In this document: positions 60,279 to 64,000 of the stretch, piece by piece
How the letters are laid out: each line of letters opens with the position of its first letter
Position numbering within the stretch: position 1 is the stretch's first letter
Assembly: GCA_010909165.1 (NCBI GenBank)
Contig: VJWM01000025.1
Span: 3,162,001 to 3,226,000 of the forward strand
Source of the DNA: Anthoceros angustus
Lineage: Eukaryota > Plantae > Anthocerotophyta
DNA length: 64,000 bases
Reading direction: 5' to 3'
Position numbers and translations under genes: made by a program
Notes under the pieces: generated by a model
Seen by the model: only the letters and a program-made list of their open reading frames with translations
Database searches by the model: none
Told to the model about the DNA's origin: nothing

Positions 60279-60614
60279 TGTCGCAAGCCACGATCAAGAC
60301 TGTGATCTTGGAAGCGAATGAGCCTGGAACAAGTGTTGATCTTTGCATCATGTGTACATATAGGGGTCCCGTCTAGTGACAAGAATGTATTCCTAACTAA
60401 TACGGTTGAAACTAAACTACGGCTATTTACTTATCTTGGTTTACCCACGGGTGATTATCCTTATATGGCCTATTACAACGTTTGTCGTGTCCGTGCTTGG
60501 AGATCCGTCTCCCGCTCGGACAAAAGAGGGGTGTCCAAGCCGCCTCGCCCATGGACTTAGCCGGTCCGGCCCACGGCCCGCTTACCGAGGGTTCCGAGTG
60601 GTCACTCCGTGACA
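60279..60614 (-). repeat. 3' LTR (336 bp, TGTCAC...GCGACA on minus strand) preceded by a polypurine tract
   Basis: Minus strand gtggggagaa (60624-60615) directly before TGTCAC; TG..CA ends; the left end abuts the satellite at 60278. Confidence 0.85.
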
Positions 60615-63600
60615 TTCTCCCCACTTAGCGAGGGCTGGTCCTCCACCTTGGAGCCGCGGCCGGAGCGGAACTGCTGACACCAAAGTGAGGGGTTCCCAAG
60701 TAGCTAGGGCGGCTCGCTTGGACCAACCTACCAAGCAAGAGGGCGTAAGCTTACGATATCTAACCCGGAGGATGCTTGGGTCCACATGTGGCCGGATCGG
60801 GTGTCGTGCCGGGACGACGGATCTGCGGCTAGGGTGGCGGCCGGAAGAGCTAGGGACCGCCGAGTGGGTGCGGGTGAGTGAAGGACGCCTGAGTCCGATC
60901 CAGAGTGGCCGGTGAGTTGGTGGAGGCCGTGTTGAGTCGCGGGCCTGACCGAGGGTATCCGACCGATCCGTGTTGGGTCTTGGCAGAGGGAGCTCGGGTG
61001 ACGATCGGCTTGAGCATCGATACGTGGAAGGTCTTGCAGATCTTCCAGTCTGCGGGAAGGGCGAGCTGGTATGCCACCGGATTGATCTGCTTGGTGATCT
61101 CAAAGGGTCCAGTAAATCGGTAGGTGAGCTTCCCCTTGGGCTGGATGGGTGAGGGATACCGGTGAGGGCGCATACGAAGCCATACCTTCTGCCCAACTGT
61201 GTAAGTCACTTCCCTGCGGTGTTTGTTGACGACTTGCACGATCCTGCGGGATAGTTTCTTGCGGCTTGTCAACCTCATGATACACGCCCTGGGCCGCCAT
61301 GCTACCGGCCCATTTGTCCGGCAGAGGGCCGGAGGCCGAGGTGGCGGCATGATCCATAAAGAAGCTTGAGGGCGCCACCCGAGTCGCGTGCTTTGAGGTG
61401 TTGTATGCATACTCGAGCAAAGGTAACATAATTTCCCAGTTGCCTTGTTTCTCATGGGTGAAGTGTCTGAGCATGTCTTCGAGTACTTGGTTCTGTTTTT
61501 CAGTTTGCCCATTTGATTCCGGATGGCAAGCTGATGATAAGTTCTGACTGATGCCGAGGGACTCTGTGAAGCATTTCCAGAATCCAGCTGTGAACTTGGT
61601 GTCTCGGTCGGAGACAATCAAGGAATACCATGCACCCGAATATTTCAGGAATACTGCTAACTTGGGTGCCGTGGATCGGTTTGGGGGATGAAATGGCTGT
61701 CTTGGAGAGTCGGTCCATGACGACCCGAGCGTCTGCTCTTCCCGACTGGTCCGGCGGTGAGTAATGAAATCCATGGAGATGGATTCGAACCTACCTGTGG
61801 GGATTGGTAGTGGAGCAACTTGCCCGGGCGATTGATCGCCTTGGCCTGCTGAGGAGGTACAAGACCGCACCCGCTTGATGGCGCCGAGGCCATCCCAATA
61901 AAATGTTCCTTAACGCGGGCGTATGTCTTATCCACGCCGAGATGTCCCGCTGTGGGACTGTGGAGATCATGTAGGATTGCTTTCTTGATGTCGGTGGCTG
62001 CGAAGGGATGACCAAGCGCCCCTTCTTATACGTGCAAGCATCCTTGATTGTGTACTTGCATGAGCCGGGTGACTGCCCGCACATCGAGAGTAATTGGTAC
62101 ACTCACCGAGGGCACCGCCCCTGGAGAGCTTCCTGCACGGCGGATGGTGTCCACCGCGTTGTCATGAGAGTGCACGCCCGCTACCGAGGGCATCGAACGA
62201 CGCTCGAGGGGCCCGCAACATAGCGGATGTAAGTTGAAATCAAAGGTATTCTCGCCCGCGTGCATTCAAGTCATCATCAAGAAATGTTGAAGTGAATGAT
62301 GGTTGTGGCATGTGAAGTGGCCGGTGTAGTGCCTCGAGTTTCGGTCGTGGACGATCGCGAACATTTCTTTATCGTGAATCGCGTAGTTCACCGTGCCCTT
62401 GCCTTCTTTGATTCATATGCGATAACCCGCCATCTTGGAGAGAACGCCCAATGGCGTAGCCGCCGGCATCTGTGTATCACATAAGGTGAGTGCGGGTTGG
62501 CCACGGGGCACGGGGCAGGGAGGGTCAGGCTCTTGAGTTTGAGGAAGGCCTGCTGTCTGCCCCGACCTAGTTGTAATTCCTTGGATGCGGCGGAGGGCAT
62601 CTGCCGAGGGAGCGCAATCTTCTTTGAAGTCCTTGCGAACCTCCGTAGAATCAAATGCCATACCTAGGAACCCACGGAGTGGAGATCTCGGGCGCCACGG
62701 AGATTGCCCGAATCTTCGGTATCCACTGATGCCGCCGATTATATGACCGAGGTATTCGACTGTTCGAAAAACACACACTTGCTTTGGCGAATAGCTTGTG
62801 TTCGAGTGTCTCAAATACTTGTCGACCAACTTGTAGTGGCCGGGTGGTCGGATGTGGATGAGTATGTCGTCCAGAAAAACTTCAACGCCATGGCCGAGAA
62901 GGGGGCGGAGGAGTTCCTGCATTAGACATTGAAAGGTGGCGGGCGCGTTTATGAGGCCGAACGGCATGACCACAAACTCGAAGTGTCCGTGTCGAGTTCT
63001 GAAAGCTGTCTTGTACTTGTCCCCTGCTCGGATGCGGATCTGATGGAAGCCTGAGCGTAAGTCAATCTTTGTGAAGTATTTTGCTCCATGCAGTTGATCC
63101 AGTATCTCATCCACCCGGGGCATCTGATATACATTTCTGACTGTGGCTCGATTGAGGCCCCTGTAATCGATGCAGAGGCGCCAACCGCCATCGGGCTTTC
63201 CCACCAGAAGGACTGGAGCGCCAAAAGGTGAGACTGAAGCTCTGACGAACCCCTGTTGGAGGAACTCGTCAACTTGCCATTTTATCTCTTCATTTTCCCC
63301 TGCGGATGTCCTGTAGGGCGGGATACTAACAGGTTTGTGGCCAGGGATCAGCTCGATGGCGTGATCTATGGCCTGCGTGTGGCGCCTGTGGCACGGCGAA
63401 GAGATCAAAGATACTCGCAGCAGCCTTCATCTGTAGGGCATCCTCGCCTTGTGCCTTGGCCGCACGGACTCGGGGTGCCTCCAAAGGTAAGACTTTCTTT
63501 AGTCTTGCTACGATGTGAAGTCACAGGGCTTTATTTAGAGCGAGATCGCAACAGTGTTTGTCAAGACGCATTTGTCTCGACATGACGTCCGGCGCCGGCC

Positions 63601-64000
63601 TGTAACCCGACGATGTTGTTTGCCCACCGATGTTCAGGTCGGAGGTCACAGCCGTGGTTTGCCGATAATGAGGTCATGGCACAACAGGGCATGAGAATCA
63701 AGAATTTCCTCATATCCGCCGGAAGGTGACCACCGACGAGGTGTCAGATTCCTTGCCCGTATCCCGGCTGTCGAGTCAGAATTCACGTGGACTCATGTCC
63801 GTGTCTTGTATTGCCCCCGAGAGCGGCCGTGACGGGTCATGTAGTGGTGGTCATCACGTCCCAATGTGCGGTGACACCTTGCGCGACTGCAGCTTGATGG
63901 GGACATGGTTCAGTCACATGTATCCGACTGACCGCACCTGTGGCAAAGCTTGGAGGAGGTCTGACCGATTTCGTGGTGTCGGTCACCTCTTCAATCTTGA
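60279..64000 (-). mobile_element. Ty3/gypsy chromovirus-type LTR retrotransposon (RT-RH-INT-chromodomain-3'LTR); continues beyond window
   Basis: RT: SPFGAPVLLVGKPDGGWRLCIDYRGLN..KIDLRSGFHQIRI..KTAFRT..MPFGLINAPATFQ..FLDD. INT: SISMDFIT, IVSDRDTKFT..FW, HPESNGQTEKQNQVLE, GPY/F-like GPFEI..INPVAYQLALP. Chromodomain ILRVRYRK..LVGW....ATWEP. PPT and LTR present. Many frameshifts. Confidence 0.95.

Noticed and set aside
1-64000. Prokaryotic or organellar origin, rRNA/tRNA/snRNA or known conserved miRNA genes
   Set aside because: Spliceosomal introns and plant nuclear genes throughout; no such RNA gene sequences recognised by eye (a tRNAscan/Infernal run would be definitive).

Overview
Eukaryotic land-plant nuclear DNA with short GT-AG introns (mostly 60-250 nt) and compact GC-rich genes. 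This is consistent with a small-genome seed-free plant such as a hornwort or lycophyte, which is inference only. Layout: (1) 1-21 kb gene-dense: BTL1-like mitochondrial carrier (partial), pTAC12/HEMERA, cationic amino-acid transporter, ERdj3A-type J protein, YKT6 SNARE, and a tandem pair of intronless ZRF1/DNAJC2 genes, the second strongly AT-shifted yet intact. (2) ~21-36.7 kb nested transposon island: tandem arrays, Ty3/gypsy remnant, a GC-rich coiled-coil element, a decayed transposase-like gene with a divergent partner ORF, a 3.4-kb TIR element with CAAGG termini, and a CRE-type RLE retroelement fragment. (3) 38-47.5 kb genes: 3-RRM protein, amino-acid permease, diverged PP1 inhibitor-3-like gene, 526-aa orphan. 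(4) 48-64 kb: Ty1/copia remnants interrupted at 49897 by a >10-kb hierarchical tandem array of multi-kb units that start TGTCATG and are joined by a ~200-bp linker; the array is itself interrupted by a chromodomain Ty3/gypsy element. The most unusual items are the nested macro-array and the AT-shifted ZRF1 duplicate. Family assignments are from recalled sequence motifs, not database searches; exon coordinates were read by hand.
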